Positions 14,417 through 30,262 of a stretch of DNA of 64,000 bases are shown here, one piece after another. Position 1 is the first letter of the stretch, and the number at the start of each line of letters is the position of its first letter. The position numbers and the translations under genes were made by a program. Under the pieces are notes generated by a model. The model was not told the DNA's origin. It saw only the letters and a program-made list of their open reading frames with translations, and searched no databases. The DNA comes from the human T2T-CHM13v2.0 reference genome, Homo sapiens. The stretch is taken from the NCBI RefSeq assembly GCF_009914755.1, contig NC_060937.1; one strand, given 5' to 3'.

Positions 14417-16119
14417 CCATTGTAAAATAGAAGCTCCCAGGAGTAAACCTGTTTAGATAGCAGAAATTTCAATCTTTAAAAGACAGAGACACTACAAGAG
14501 AAAGTAAGGCATATGTTGTATTTGTTTCTGTTTTTGTCTGTATATAAATATTATACCATCACCTACTAAATCTCTGTAACAAAAATGGTTTTTGTCCAAG
14601 GCATTGTTGGTGTGTGTGTGTGCCCATGTGATTTTGAAATGCTTAAGTCAGTTTTATAATGCAACGGAGTACAGGCAGGTTCATGCTTAAAGATTCTTGG
14701 ACCCACCAGTTGTACTTCCTGAAAGCAAGCCCATCTCTCTTTCATTTGGCTTCAGCTGTTCTGGGTATATCAACCACTTCCCCTGTGCACCCTCTCTGGA
14801 CACTATTCAGACTTCATGTCATAGTTTACTCCTGGAAATCCATGCCCAGTGAGAGCCCAGAAATCCCATCTGAAAGATGGGATTGTGTCTTACTTATTGT
14901 GCCCCAGCACCTAGCGTGGCATCTGGCACAGAGCAGAAGTGCAGTCATCCCCAGAGAATGCAGACATGAACAAAGAAACCCTTACAACTTTTCCAGTTGA
15001 ACCTAGTGCTGCTCCATCAGTGATCTCCAGACCAAAACCTTCCTTTTATGTCGTTCACCATTTCCTTTAACATCTCCGTTTCATTTTGCAGATTTGGTCA
15101 TTCGAGGAGGATTCTCTCCTGCTACTTTTTGCCTGTGTTGTTTTCCTAGTTCTTTCACCACACTCACCGCCCTTCCTACTTTCCCTCTAATGCCACCTCT
15201 TCCTCCCCTTGCTCCCTCAGTGTGGATGCTCTCCAAGACTTAGGATCAGCCTTTCCTAGTTCAGGTTCAGTCATCAGCTCTGAAAAGCTTATCTGCTTTC
15301 ATGCATTCATTTCCCACCTCTGTGCCAATGAATTCCAAATCTGGGTGTGTGCCCTTGCTTGCCACCACCATGGCTGCAACTACCTACTGAACATCCCCAT
15401 CTGAATGGCCCATTGTCACCTCCAGTGCCACATCTCTAAATCCAAACTCTTGCCTTCCTACTACAATCCACCCCCACCCCTGGGTGCCTTGTTCCCTGGG
15501 CACAAAACCTGACCACTATGGCCCAAACTCTTGGTCCTTTCTTTTTTGTTGTTGTTTTTCAGGTTGTAGGGAAGTATAATACCTTTAAGAATTAATCAAA
15601 ACTAAGAAATCTTTACCCAGGAAAGTATCCATACTCACAGACTATTTCAAACAATCTGCAGGGTTTCATGTTTGCTTCTAAAAATTATCTATACATTGCA
15701 AGTTAAGAAATCTTCATCTTAAGAGAAGTCTGAAACATTTAAGAAGGCCTGAGGATCATTAAAAAAATCTTTGGGTTACTTTACAAATTTTCCCAGAGTC
15801 AAGAGTAGCACCAAATTCCTCCCAATACCCAAGATATTCTGTGCTAAGGAAGGAGAAACATGCAGCTTTCAGGATAAAAGCAGAACCGTGACTCCCTAAG
15901 AGCAAGTGGAATCAGTTTCAGTGCCTTCAGTGAGCAAAGGAGTGAGGATTTTCAGGGCATCAGGCACCTCCAAATGTCTCACTTAGGGATGGCACATATG
16001 CACCATAGAGAAAGCCCTTTATCTGGAGAGAGAAAGCCCCTTTCCTGGAGACAGCATCCTCCAGCAAGATGCCTACATTCTAGCCCAGTTTACAATTTAG
16101 AGTTAGACAGGATCATCTC

Positions 16120-16676
16120 TGTTTCAGTTTCCTAGGGCTGTCACAACAAAGTACCACAAACCGTGTGGTTTAAAACACCTGAAATGTGTTCTTTCTCAGA
16201 TCTGGAGGTCAGAAGTCCAAAATCAAAGTGCTCTTGGTCCTTTCTTTTTTGTTGTTGTTTTTCAGATTGTAGGGAAGTATAATACCTTTAAGGGCCACGC
16301 TCCCTCTGAAGCCCCTGGGGTTGGGGAAGTTGGGGGAGAGGGGTGGAAACCAGTTCTTGCCTCTTTCGGCTTTTGGTAGCGCTGTGTGTTCCTTGGCTCA
16401 TGGCAGCATCACTCCAATCTCTACCTGCCTCTTCAGATGGCCATCTTGCTGTGTGTCTCCCTTCACATCATCTTCCTGGTGTTTGAGTCTGTCGTCAAAT
16501 TTCTCCTTCTTATAAGGACATCAGTTATTTTGGGTTAAGGCCCTGCCCTTCTTTGGTATGACCTCATCTTAAATTACATCTGCAACTACCCTATTTCTAA
16601 ATAAAGTCACATTCTGAGGAACTGGGGGTTAGGACTTCAACATATATTTTGGGGGAACACAATTCAACCCATTAAT
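16120..16676 (-). mobile_element. MLT1 (MaLR) solo LTR carrying a 62-bp foreign insert at 16231-16292
   Basis: AGTTTCCTAGGGCTGTCACAACAAAGTACCACAAAC...AGAAGTCCAAAATCAA...GGTTAGGACTTCAACATAT...ACACAATTCAACCCAT. Confidence 0.85.
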
Positions 16677-17759
16677 ATAATATATACACCTAGAAAACAT
16701 CAGAAATTCAACACTGTAGTCTAAGTCAATTCTAATGATCGGATTTGGCAAGAGAGAGGAGGCTTGCAAAACTCCAGAAAGTCTTTGGTACTGAATCGAA
16801 GAAGGAATGATGACAAACTGGCGTTCCATGATTACAACATTCTTTGGTTAAAACATGTAAAAATAATTCATGGAGAAAAATAGCAACACTTATTTTCACC
16901 TATAAATGAATGGAGTACAATATCAATGTTTATTTTAATTGTAGTTTTTAATAGTTAGGTTTGTTTTTACTCATTTTGCTTTGGGCAGTGATGCTAACTT
17001 TTGTTAGTCGGTGTATCAGTTCTTATGAAACCATTTATTATTAAGGTGTAAGGAGAAAGAAAGAAATATTTATCATGTTACAGGATTTGTGTAATATTCT
17101 ATTCTTTCTAAAAATGAAAATAGTCAGCATTTTGTCAGTACACTTCTTTCAGTCAAACTTTTATTTATATTTTAGGATTTTAAAAAATGACACAATAGGA
17201 AGCAAAGATTTAAAATAAAAAGCCCTGGCCTGGGAATCTGCATCTGAGCCCTGGCTTTGTCACATGTAACTTTATATCGTTTCACCTCTCTGGGATCCCA
17301 GTGTCTCACAAGCAAATGTTCTTTAGCCCACTCATTCATTCATTCGTTCTCTCTTAACTAAACAAAAGGGGGCAAATAAAAAGGAAGGTGATATGAACAA
17401 ATGACTCAGCTCTCTGTGTTGGAGAGACGCAGGAATTGCTGGAGACAGCAGAAAATTAACTGAGGAGCTCATGACCCCTTTAACGACAGCAGCTGCCACT
17501 CAGCAATAGACAGCTGTTGCCTGCCTTGTGATAATCTGAATAATTAATTGTTCAACAGAAACAGAAATTCAAATTTTGATGTGATGTTTCCCAATTTCTG
17601 AATCTTGGCGATCAATTAAAATCTTTTTAAACCTTGGAGTCCAAATAAAACACATCTTCAGGATGGATTCAGCCAGTAGACTGCCATATTTAACCTCTGA
17701 AATAAACAAATACATATTGATCACGTGCTCCTAAACACTGGGAATATAACAGCATACAT

Positions 17760-19030
17760 TGTTTCTTCCATCAATAGAGATCATTGAGGGCACAGTGAAT
17801 TTATCAACTGCTCTTAATCATCCTTGGAAGACTGTATTCACACTGATTTGGTGATTCACTCTCATCTGGTTTTCACCTCACCTCATTGGCCACTCTTCTG
17901 TCTCCCTTCCTGAATCTTTTTCCTTCTGACCTCTAAATACTGGACTCTCTCCAGACTTAGTCCTTGAACATCTTCTCTACACATCCATGGTGGCACCTGA
18001 CTCTTCTTAGAACTCACCAAACACGTTCTTGCCTTAAAGCCTTTGTGCTTGCTGGAGCAGCCACCAGAACACTTGGCCTGCCACATGTCTTTATCCAATC
18101 CAACGACCATAAACATTTCTAGATGCTAAATATTTCTTAATTTCTATCTCAGCCCTGATTTCTCTCCTTAACTCTAGTCTTATGTATTCAACTGCTTACC
18201 TGACATATCTACTTGGATATTTATTTAATGACATCTCAAATTTAATGTGTCCACTAACAACTTTTTAATTCCCCATTCAACCTACTGTTCTCATTGGACC
18301 CATTCTCAGTAGATGGTACAATTCCTTGGGTGGATCAGATCAAACACCTTGAAACCTGCCTTCATTCTCCTCTTGTCGTTGCTGCCATATCCAATCCATT
18401 ATAAGTCCTGTTCTCTCAGTCTTCAAAACAGACCCTAAACTAGAGCACTTTTCATCACTTCTATCATGACCACCCCAGTCCAAACCACCATTGTGTCTCA
18501 TATGGACTATTATAGTAGCCTACTAGCTCTCATTTCTGTACTCTAGCACTCAGCGATCCTTTTAAAACATAAGTCACAGCATGTCAGTCTCTTGCTCAAA
18601 ATCTTCCAGTAGTTTCCATTTCATTTATGAAATTCAAAGTCCCTTAAGGCCCTATGTGATGTGGCACCTGTTGCATTTCTGGCCCCACAGATCAGCCACC
18701 TGCTCCCCAGCCCCCCACACTGTGCTCCAGCCACATTGGCCTGTTTATTCTTCAGGGCCTTGGCACTGGCTGTTCCCTCCACCTGGAATGTTCTTCTTCC
18801 AGGGAACTGCAAGCCTCAGTTCTTCATGTTAGTCTGGTCTTTGCTTAAATGCCACGTTTGCTCACAAAAGCACCCCTGGAATTATCTTTACGTGACGCTG
18901 TCTATCTACTGTGTCTCTCCACTTTCTGTTTCCTCCACTGAATGTAAGGCTGGGAGGCAGGGACCGCGTTGTTGTATCCCTGTGCCTGGCAGCTACTGGC
19001 TGTACACCCATACTTGCTAGTGAAGAAATG
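17760..19030 (+). mobile_element. L2 fragments
   Basis: TATTCAACTGCTTACCTGACATATCTACTTGGAT...CATCTCAAATTTAATGTGTCC, and 3' end CCACTGAATGTAAGG..GAGGCAGGGAC. Confidence 0.75.
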
Positions 19031-19434
19031 TATCCTTATATCCTAAATTTTTAGATTCTAACTGTTCCAATAAAATTCAAATCGCTTTTCTGGCTGACTA
19101 TTACTCAGTTTTTCCCATTAATGTACAAACAGAAAAACATCAGTGCTACAGGCTTTGTACAAAGAAGGCTCTTTGGTTTACAACTCGAAAGGTGTGGCAG
19201 GCTCACTCGTGTATAGCTGTCCTAAAAGCAGGTCACATGGAGACTTGCTCACAGGTGTCAGCTAGAGCTATTAAAATTCATGGATCGGCTTGTTGGGAAA
19301 CTTCATCGTTCCCAAAAACTTGGCCCTAGACTGATGCTGGTGTTTGATAAAATCTTCACTAGTATGCTGTGAAATAAAGACACTGAAATACGTTTTTCTC
19401 ATTAAAGTAAATTCATTCAATTTAAAGGCTGTTT

Positions 19435-19665
19435 GTTTAAACTGACATATATTGTGGGGTACCTAGTGATGTTTCGATGCATATAATATATAGTGATCAG
19501 ATCAGGGCAATTAGCATATCCATCAAACATTTATCATTTCTTTGTGTTGGGACATTCAATATTCCAGCCATTTGAAACTATAATTTATATATTATTGTTA
19601 AGTACAGTCATCCTATGGTGATATAGAACACTAGAACTTATTCCCCCGATCTAGCTGTAATTTTC
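19435..19665 (-). mobile_element. L1MA 3'UTR fragment
   Basis: GGGGTAC..AGTGATGTTTCGAT...AGTGATCAGATCAGGGCAATTAGCATATCCATC. Confidence 0.75.
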
Positions 19666-19734
19666 TACAAAACGTTGTTTTTTATTCCAAGATTGTTTTC
19701 TTCTTATTCTTCTGATTATTATGTTTATTTCTTT

Positions 19735-20136
<402 letters not shown>

Positions 20137-21800
20137 TGATTGTCTTAGTAGGTGAGTCTTGTTCTTTTTCCATAATGCCTTTACTTGGCAAAAAGAAAAA
20201 ATAAACGGGCAACTCTGTCAGTTTCTCTCTCTTTTTTATTATATATTACTGCTTCATAAAATTCAAAGGCAGGGATCTATCTGTCCATACTACTTGGACT
20301 GAAATCCACACCAGCAAACTCACTCATTTGAGTCATACACACTGGAAGAGTTTTGTCATAAGAAAGTCACTGTGAAATCCACATGTTACCTGAGAGGACC
20401 CAAGAAATTCCTTAAGCCGTTTTCTGTTAGCAAATGAGGACAGCTTGATCCATCAAATAAGCTAATATCCATTTGAGGGTGGGGAAGGAAAGAGCCCAAC
20501 CAGAAACCTCAAAACCTAGAATGGCTTTGTTTCAGTGCACATAATCAAGTCCCCAAGAAACTGAGAGAAGCCAGCGGAAAATGCCAAGGTCTAAACAAAG
20601 GCCAGCGGGCATGCCCCTGGGACTGGGGAGACCAGGTTTGTTCTGCAGGAGTTAGATCAATGATGAACTTCACCCATTTCACAATTTTTCCATTAACTGA
20701 CCCTGCTAATACTAAATAGCACATTCTTTCCACTTGGTTTGATTCAATTTCCTCTGGCTCAAAGATTATAGTCCAGTGTATATTAGTCTTTCTCAGCACC
20801 ATCATGACCAAGAAGAATAAAACTGATACTCCTAGGACAAATCCTCCCCTGAGCACTGACCTTTGGGATTCAGGGAATGAGTAGATATTGACATATTTAT
20901 TTGTGATCAAACTTACCTAAGCCATCCTGCCTGACCAAACAGCATTTTGGGGCTAAGACTGATGAGACCATTTTCTTATGCCTGAGGTTGTACCCACACA
21001 ATATTAAGCTCTGTAGAACATGATATATTGCCAGGGGAAGGAGAAAAAGAAAATGACTTAGAGGCCTTAACCTAGTTAAAGCAAAACAGAATGGCTAGAC
21101 TCAACTTCAGGGATGATTATATTTCATTTAGATTATTATCATCTCAATGGAGCATTTCTTATTCTTAAAAAATACATAATGCGTCTAATTTTTTACTGAA
21201 TACTGATGTGGGTGCTTAGGTACATTAGTAATCAATCTTAATATAAAAACTTATGTGTTGAAAAGTAGAATAGAATATATAGAGGCTCTTAAAAAATGAC
21301 CATCTGGTCTACATCTCAAATCTCATTTGGAGGAACATTTCAAGTGCTCCCAGCTCTTAGTAAAATCATTAATAATGACACTAAAATAATCATTTGCATA
21401 CCTGCCATGAAACTAGGCATTGACCCAGATGCTTGGGATCTAAAATTAATCAGTAGCAGCCCTCATTGGAGGCATTTAAATCATATGGCCTTTCCCCCAT
21501 TCCTGCTAACTTTCGGTTGTTAACAGAAGTTGGGATAGCTGGAAAATACCAGGAAAACAAAATTCTTAACGAAGAATTCTAGTAGGTCCAGAATCTTCTG
21601 AGTGGTATGTAAAGTCAAGGAGAAAGACATTTCACTTTCTAGGGAACTTTAAATCTCTTTATTCATTTATTTATTTTACAAATAATCATTGAGCCACTAT
21701 TTAGTGCCAAGCACTATGTTTGGTGACCAAAGGAGAGGCGAGGACCTTGCTTTCGTGGACCTTGCAGCCCAATGGGGTAATCAACAGTATTCCAACACAG

Positions 21801-22235
21801 TGGTAAAGTAAATTAAAATGGAGACCAGGCCTGAAGAAACTATAAGCAGACATAGCCAGCAAGACCTCAGATGTGACCTGAACCTAGCTTGATTTGCAAA
21901 CATAAGCAAAACTTAACTTGAGCAATTTCTTGTAAATGCCTATATTAAAGAAGAATACAACTTAAACTCCAACTAATCAGAAGTAACAAACAAATGTGTA
22001 ATTATGTAACTAGGGAATTTCCAACAGGATAGATGAAATAAGGTAACTGTATAACTGCAATCAGTCAAATATTTTCTCTGCATTACTTCCATGTTTCTCC
22101 TATAAAAGTCTCCCCATTGCAATCCCTCATGGAGTTCCCAAACCAGTTCTGGTTTGGAGCCACCCAATTCTTGAATCACTATTTGCTCAAATAAGCCCAT
22201 TAAATTTTTATTGTACCTCGGTTTACTCTTTAGCA
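21801..22235 (+). mobile_element. MER31-like ERV1 solo LTR
   Basis: TG...AAATTAAAATGGAGACCAGGCCTGAAGAA start, internal TATAAAA, ends ...CA. Confidence 0.7.
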
Positions 22236-22435
22236 AAAGTAAACAAACTAATAAAATAATCACAATTTCTGAAAAGTGTGATTTATTTATGAAATTTGGA
22301 ATGCCCCAGTATGACAGGCAGTGGGCACACCGCTGGAAATACAGCATGTTAGAAAGGAGACAAATTTCTTGACCTCGTGGGATTTTCATTCTAGTGGGAA
22401 GTGACAAAAAAAAATCAGCAGAAACAGCCCTCCTT

Positions 22436-22743
<308 letters not shown>

Positions 22744-23269
22744 AGAAACAGCCCTCCTTTCCCACCCAACAATTATTTATTTACCTACTATGAGAATTAC
22801 TAGAAAGGAAATGGAGCAAGGTACTCTGATAGAAAACATTGTGATGGGGGAAGACTTTTGCAGAAAGGGTGGCTTGTGATGTGTTCTCCAAGGAGTTGCT
22901 TTCTGAGCTGAGGCCTGAAGGAGAAGAGAGGAAGGCTTCCCAGATGCAGGGGAAAAAGCTCTAAGCCTGGCTGGAGATGAATGCGTTTTGCCAATTCCTG
23001 GAAACAAGAGGCCTGACATCATGAGTAAGACAGAAACTGTGTAGGTGTTTGAATGTTATGCTCAGCACTAAGATTTGAGTACAGGGATGACAGGCTCTGA
23101 TCTGTCTTATGGGAAGGCCAGTCAGCCTGGAGGAGGGATGGTAGGAGGAGGAAGGGCCAGGTGGTTGGTTAAAAAAAGCCTCTGCATCACTCACATTACT
23201 AGCAATGCCACCCGGCTGGGGTGGAGGGGGCAGAGGTAGGTAGATGTGTGGATTTACAATATGTTTTGA

Positions 23270-23532
<263 letters not shown>

Positions 23533-23651
23533 GGTAGAATTATTAATATTAGAAAAGCTGATGTGTCACGACAGGTTATTAAAAAGATCAAGTAATACAC
23601 ATCCCATCTCCATTTGCTCTTTACCTTTGTGGCATCAAGAGTGATTGCTTG

Positions 23652-24386
<735 letters not shown>

Positions 24387-24559
24387 TCAGGAGCTGGGTG
24401 TAAACCCAAAGCTTGGGGAGAACTCGGTTTATCATCTGAGCAGACTTCCCTTGGACTGCTTCTGTAGAAAATCCTACTAAACATATCCTGTGTAATTGAA
24501 GCTCCCGTCACTAATAGATTTATCTTGGTTCGTCTTGAGATTGGCTCCAGTCTCCTTAA

Positions 24560-26280
24560 CTTTTTCTTTGCCATTTTAAACAGAAAGTTCTATTTGATCA
24601 TTTGTTTTTTAGAATTATTTTTTATTTCCAATTTCAATTCTAAATAAAAATCTAGCTCATTTTTACATGAAGTTTAAGCCCACTTCTTTAATTAAATTGT
24701 AGAAAGTGTTGTCGATATCCAAATTCCTCTCTCGGTGAGCCCCAGGTCCTTCCAAAACTTCTAAAATCTTCACTTGAAGTAACTGTACTTCTTGATACAT
24801 AGTACAATTTCTTCTTTATTTTCCTGTAGGATTTCTTCCATTAAGTTCATCTTGATTTACATTTTTCTCAGGGAATTATTTATTTCACCAAGATTTTCAA
24901 TTTTATCACTTAAAATTATTTTACTCTATCAGTCTTCTCCCTAAATATGACTACATAGATAATTTATAAATTATTTGTTTTCCTTTTATTTTTTAAATTA
25001 AATTTGCCAGAGGTGTGTCTGTTTTATTTGAAGAACCTGTTCTTGATCTTAGCTACCAGTTCTACAAAGGACAAATTATTTTATCTCATCATCATTATTA
25101 TTATTTTTACTTCTGTGTTTATTATTTCCTTTCTCCAGCTTTCTTTTTAATTGTTTTGTCTTTTTGCCCATAAATTCTGAGTAGAATATTTAGTTCTGTT
25201 CTCATAATTCTTTTTTCGTTGAAGTATTTAGGACTGTAAATCTGCTACAAAAAATAGTTTTGGCTGTATCTTATAGATTTTTGTTAAATAATATTCTCAC
25301 TTTTGTTATTTTCTAGTTTGCTTGACTGCCTCAGTCATTATTTATGCAACCACTTCTAAAATATCCAAGTAATTTGGTTTTTCTTTTTCCTTTGAAATTC
25401 TAGTAATAGTTTGTGGTAGTATTTTATTATTAAAATAAAAAGGTACAGTTTTTACCTTAGAAATGCACTAAAGTATTTTTTTGGTGCAGATGATGATCAA
25501 TGTTTGTACCTGGTACATGACACTTGAGAAGATGCATTTCCTGTTCTTAAGGTACAAGGTTATATCAGCGTGCAGATATTTATCCAAACATTAAATAATT
25601 CAAGTGCTTTGTGCCTGTAATTATTTATTTTTGTCCCCTTGACCTGCCAGAGAATTATGGTGATGCAAGAAATTTTAATACTCCTCACATGTTTCCTTGT
25701 ATTTCTAACAATTTTTGCATTTCATAGAATGATACTGTGTTGTTCTGAGCTTAGTATTTCCTGAGTCTCGTACCTTTTTTATGGCTCTTGTGTATCAATA
25801 TGCAATTAACCTTTTTTTCAATATATTCTTTATTTTTGTTTTTGTTTAAAATTTTTTCTTTCCATAGGTTTTTGGGGAACAGGTGGTATTTGGTTACATG
25901 AGTAAGTTCTTTACTGGTGATTTGTGAGATTTTGGTGCACCCATCACCCGAGCAGTATACACGGAACCCACTTTGTAGTGTTGTATCCCTTACCCCTTCC
26001 CATCCTTTCCCCCGAGTCCCCAATTTTCTTCAATTTATTCTTTAACATGAATGTACCACTCCTGCTTTTTTTTTCTTCATGCTTTCCTGATATATCTTGT
26101 TTCATTCTTTTATTTTCAACTTTATTATATCTTTTTCATCTCGTGTAAGCTTCATTTCATTGAATTTCATTTTTAATTTGAATTAATCTTGAAATCTTAT
26201 ATTTCTCTGATATTTATATTATTTCTAGCTTACGCTTCTGTATCTACCTTCCTTTATTTTCTTTTTTCTCCTACTGTTTC
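24560..26280 (-). mobile_element. Ancient L1M fragments with a nested L1PB 3' end (~25850-26020)
   Basis: T-rich degenerate L1. CATAGGTTTTTGGGGAACAGGTGGTATTTGGTTACATGAGTAAGTTCTTT..GGTGATTTGTGAGATTTTGGTGCACCCATCACC is the L1PB 3'UTR. Confidence 0.65.
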
Positions 26281-27094
26281 CAAAACCCCTCACCAATTAA
26301 TGAATGACTCTGTTCAATATTGTGCCATACTCCCTGCAAGACACATGGAAATGTAACACTCAGTTCTTGTTCTTAGGGATTTTATAAACTAACTAGGAGA
26401 CAGATAGCCATGCAGAATTTACAATTAAATACTAAACCATGTGTACCGGTTATTAGCAGAAGAGACTTTTTAAGAATATGGAAGTGTTAGCTGCAAGAAC
26501 AACCAAAAAATGTCATAGCAGAGAGCATTACGGGCTAGGTAGAATTTAGCTAACTGGGAAGACAGACCTTCATGTTATTTACCCTATATCAGTGGCTGCC
26601 AAATGATATTCCTTCGGGGACTTATGGAGGCATCTGGTCAGTAGGTCTGGGTATGGATCCCAGTGTTCTGTATCTTTAGAAGCTCTCCAATGCTGTAGCT
26701 GCATGGCCAAATTTAGAAAACATTACTTGAAATAGTTATATCACCTACTCTGAAACAGTTATTACACTGTATAAATCTAGTAACTATCCCTGAAGGTCTT
26801 ACTTAAAGTTTCCATTTGTCATAAAATGTTCAAATAAGGCACAAAGACTATGTTAACTCATAGATTACATTTCCCAAGTCAGGATAAAAAAAGATCAAGC
26901 ACCTGCCCTACACCCTTTGGCTTTTTATTCTTGTGACAATTCTAATTGCAGTGTCCAACTATGCAGAAGCCTATAAGTCATTAACTATAACTATAAACAA
27001 AACAACAACTGCCCAGTTATTAACCACCCAGTTATTGCCAGTTTGAAATGTTATGGTATCATTGTGAGGGGAAAGTAAGCAGTATGTGAAAAAA

Positions 27095-27330
27095 TGGAAA
27101 TGAATGAACTGGATGTGTTCACCCTGGAGAAAGAAAGATTCGGAGAAGACATGATAGCCCTCTACAAATGTTCAGAGTTAGCACAATGAAGAGGAAGTAA
27201 CTTGCTCTGTGTAAAGAACAGGGCCAATGAATGAGATCTGTGGGAAGACACATCTTTGTTCAATATGAGGAAGAAGATACAAACATACCTTGAGGGATAA
27301 AAGTTTCCATCTCAAGAGCTGCTCAAATAG
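27095..27330 (+). mobile_element. L3/CR1 LINE fragment
   Basis: GAACTGGATGTGTTCACCCTGGAGAAAGAAAGATT..GAGAAGACATGATAGCCCTCTACAAAT resembles the CR1 ORF2 3' end. Confidence 0.55.
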
Positions 27331-30126
27331 GTGCACACCTGGGATTAGTCTTCAGACTGTCTTTTAAAGTTTTTTTTTTTCTATACCAAAGATACTAACA
27401 GACAGTCCCAAGCAGAACTAATTGCTAAAGTGGCCAATCCCAGCTTAGCAATAGAAGTTTTCCCCTGTGCCAGCGTTGAAATATTTGGTTGCCTAGCAAC
27501 CATTATGTATCTATGATGTGTTGGAAAATCATTTGTTTGTGCCTGGGTTGATGTAGTTCTTAACACCATACTTGGTTCATTTCATTCATGACAAGTATCC
27601 CCATTATAGTTTGTTACATATCAAAAGGGTGTTGAGCTGCAACGTGCACCGTAGTAATCTTTATCAAACCCTACCCAGCTGGCAAGCTTAGCCATAATGA
27701 TCACAATAGAAATAGATGTTTGATCCATGCAGGAGATGACAGGATAGGACGATGAGAGCACAGTAACAGTTTGGGGACTCATAAAACTGTTAACATACAT
27801 TTAAATCTAGTAGAGTTCTTGGAGTGATGGTACAAGTTTAATCATGAACTCTTCAACATTGAAATCCTGTGAATTTTGAATAAGTGACTAATACCAGCAT
27901 TTAAGGTATAGAACAAAGTTTAAATACATAACATACTTAGGTCATAACTTTGCATTTACAGTCTCCTAGGAAACCAACAAAATATATCTGGATAGTTTAA
28001 AAGTATGATCTCATCTATAAAGAGCTGCTTTATATCATAAGAACCAAAGAACTGTTATTTGTCAAACTTCCACATTAAATATCTGCCAAGATATCTTATT
28101 AGGTTTTCTTAGTAATAATGACTCAGTACATAAAATAAACCATGGAACTCTGTCAGATTCTATCCACGCTAAATAATTGAGACACTCATTTCCTCTCCTT
28201 TGTTTGATTTCTCCAACCCAAATCATAATGTTACAAAGTGATTGATTTTGATTCATTTCTCTTTCTCTCTGAAAGATTTAGAACTGCTTTAGGTAACTTT
28301 TTATTAGCCAGTCCAAGACATTTGTACAACAATATAATTAATAGCATTTTTAATGAAAATGATGGCATATTAATTGGTAATTTTTGGATGAGTGTTCTTC
28401 CTAATTACTTATTAACCTTTAAATCAGATATACACAAGGGAACAGAACAAGATTCATGTCTTTGAGTATCTGAAAGCTTTATCAAGGTGCTTTTTTTATA
28501 AAAAGAATCCAGAGAAACTGTTTTTCCCCCCAGAGGGAACTTAAAATTATATCAGGAGCTAAGTGTGGTATGATGCTCAGCACATTAATATGCTACAGAA
28601 TTTTTCAGTGTAGCTATTCATGGCCCTTCAGTGAATCATCATTAATAGAAGTACGGTTTAATAGATAGTAAAGAGGATGCTGTCGATTTTTCTTTACCAT
28701 TTAAATTTGAGCTAGTTGCAAAAAGGTGCTTAAAAGAGAAAAATACTATTACCAGTTGAGATAGTCTATTTGAAGATTTTGACATACATACTAGAAAATG
28801 AGGGAGGCTAGACCAACAGAAGATTTCTAGATCTTTGGCCCCAAACATTAAGTCTGACTTCATGGAGCTGAAGAAAGTTCTATAGACAAGGTGTGATCAA
28901 GCTGACTCATTGCCATTTAAATAATAGTCCTATCTAAATGGTTGAACATCAACTAGATGAAGAGACAGATGTGGATTTTAGAGGACAAAAGTCCAATTTC
29001 ATTTTCTCAGATAGGAAAGGGCATCCCAGTCAAGGCTCTTGTCTGTGGCCCTGTCCTGATCTGAGTTTCTGTCTGGCCTTTTTGTCCATGTGGTACCATT
29101 GAAAGAGAGTTACTATTTGAAGGTCAAAGTTGCTTTTCCACTCCTTCTGCACATTCATTTTCTACTTATGCCTTACCTCAATGCCTTTGTTCTGTTAACT
29201 TTTCTGCTTTCTTCCTCCATCTCTGCCTTCATTCATTTATGTCATGGGCATTTATTGAGGGCCTAACATACATGAGGTTCTGTCTTTGACATAGAGGGTT
29301 CAGCAGTGAAGACAACACTACTGCCTTCAAATTGCTGATAGTCAGGAGAGGCATCAAGATGAGTATCAGCCAACTGCCGTACAGTATGATAAGTACCAGG
29401 AAGGGTCTCCATGTGTCCTGGAGTATGGTAAGATCTATGGCATGAGCTCTGGAAACACCTTGTGGGCTTAACCCCAGTCCAGGGGTTGCGGAGGTCAGAA
29501 AAAACATCTCATCAGACTTGACTGGGAGAATTGGGGTGGGAATGGGTAAGAGTGGGTACCATGGCCATCTCTGACTCTGCTTTCTCTAACTCCATGAAGC
29601 TGCCTATTCTCTCAGCCATCCCCTCCCTGTCCCTTCATGTCTCCTGCTTCCATGTTTCCCTGCTAGATCATTATCTGCCAAAAAAGTATCCCCAGCCAAG
29701 ACGACCCATCAGACCACTCTGCAACAATAGAGACTAAGATGCTGCTTAAAGGCCTTGCTGCATGTTGAGGAAGAGTTGATGAAGGAGTCTGGATATCCAT
29801 TCTTTTTCTATGGTTTGCCTCCCAGTTTCAAGAGGTCTGAATGCAGTTGCAGACGAAGTTTTAACTGTGGCTCTGCCTGTCATTCTAAACAAGCAAAGGC
29901 TGCCAGAAATAAGACGAAAAGACAAAATGCTAAACTATAGCTAGAGCAGCAATGAATAAATAAATAGGTCAATAAACACATAAGCAAGCACATATAGAAA
30001 ATAAAATATTTCTCGAAAGGAGAGGGAAAACAGACACATAGAAGAAAATGATAATAATAGCTGCCATTTACTGAGTGTATACTACACATTGTGAACTTTC
30101 TCGGACCTCTTCAGTATATTAGATAT

Positions 30127-30262
30127 AGTTAATGGGTGCAGCACACCAGCATGGCACATGTATACGTATGTAACTAACCTGCACATTGTGCACATGTACC
30201 CTAAAACTTGAAGTATAATAAAATAATAATATAAATAAATAAAAATAAATAAATAAAAAAAT
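30127..30262 (+). mobile_element. Very short young L1PA (L1PA2-like) 3' end with A-rich tail
   Basis: AGTTAATGGGTGCAGCACACCAGCATGGCACATGTATAC.TATGTAACTAACCTGCACATTGTGCACATGTACCCTAAAACTT. Confidence 0.9.
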
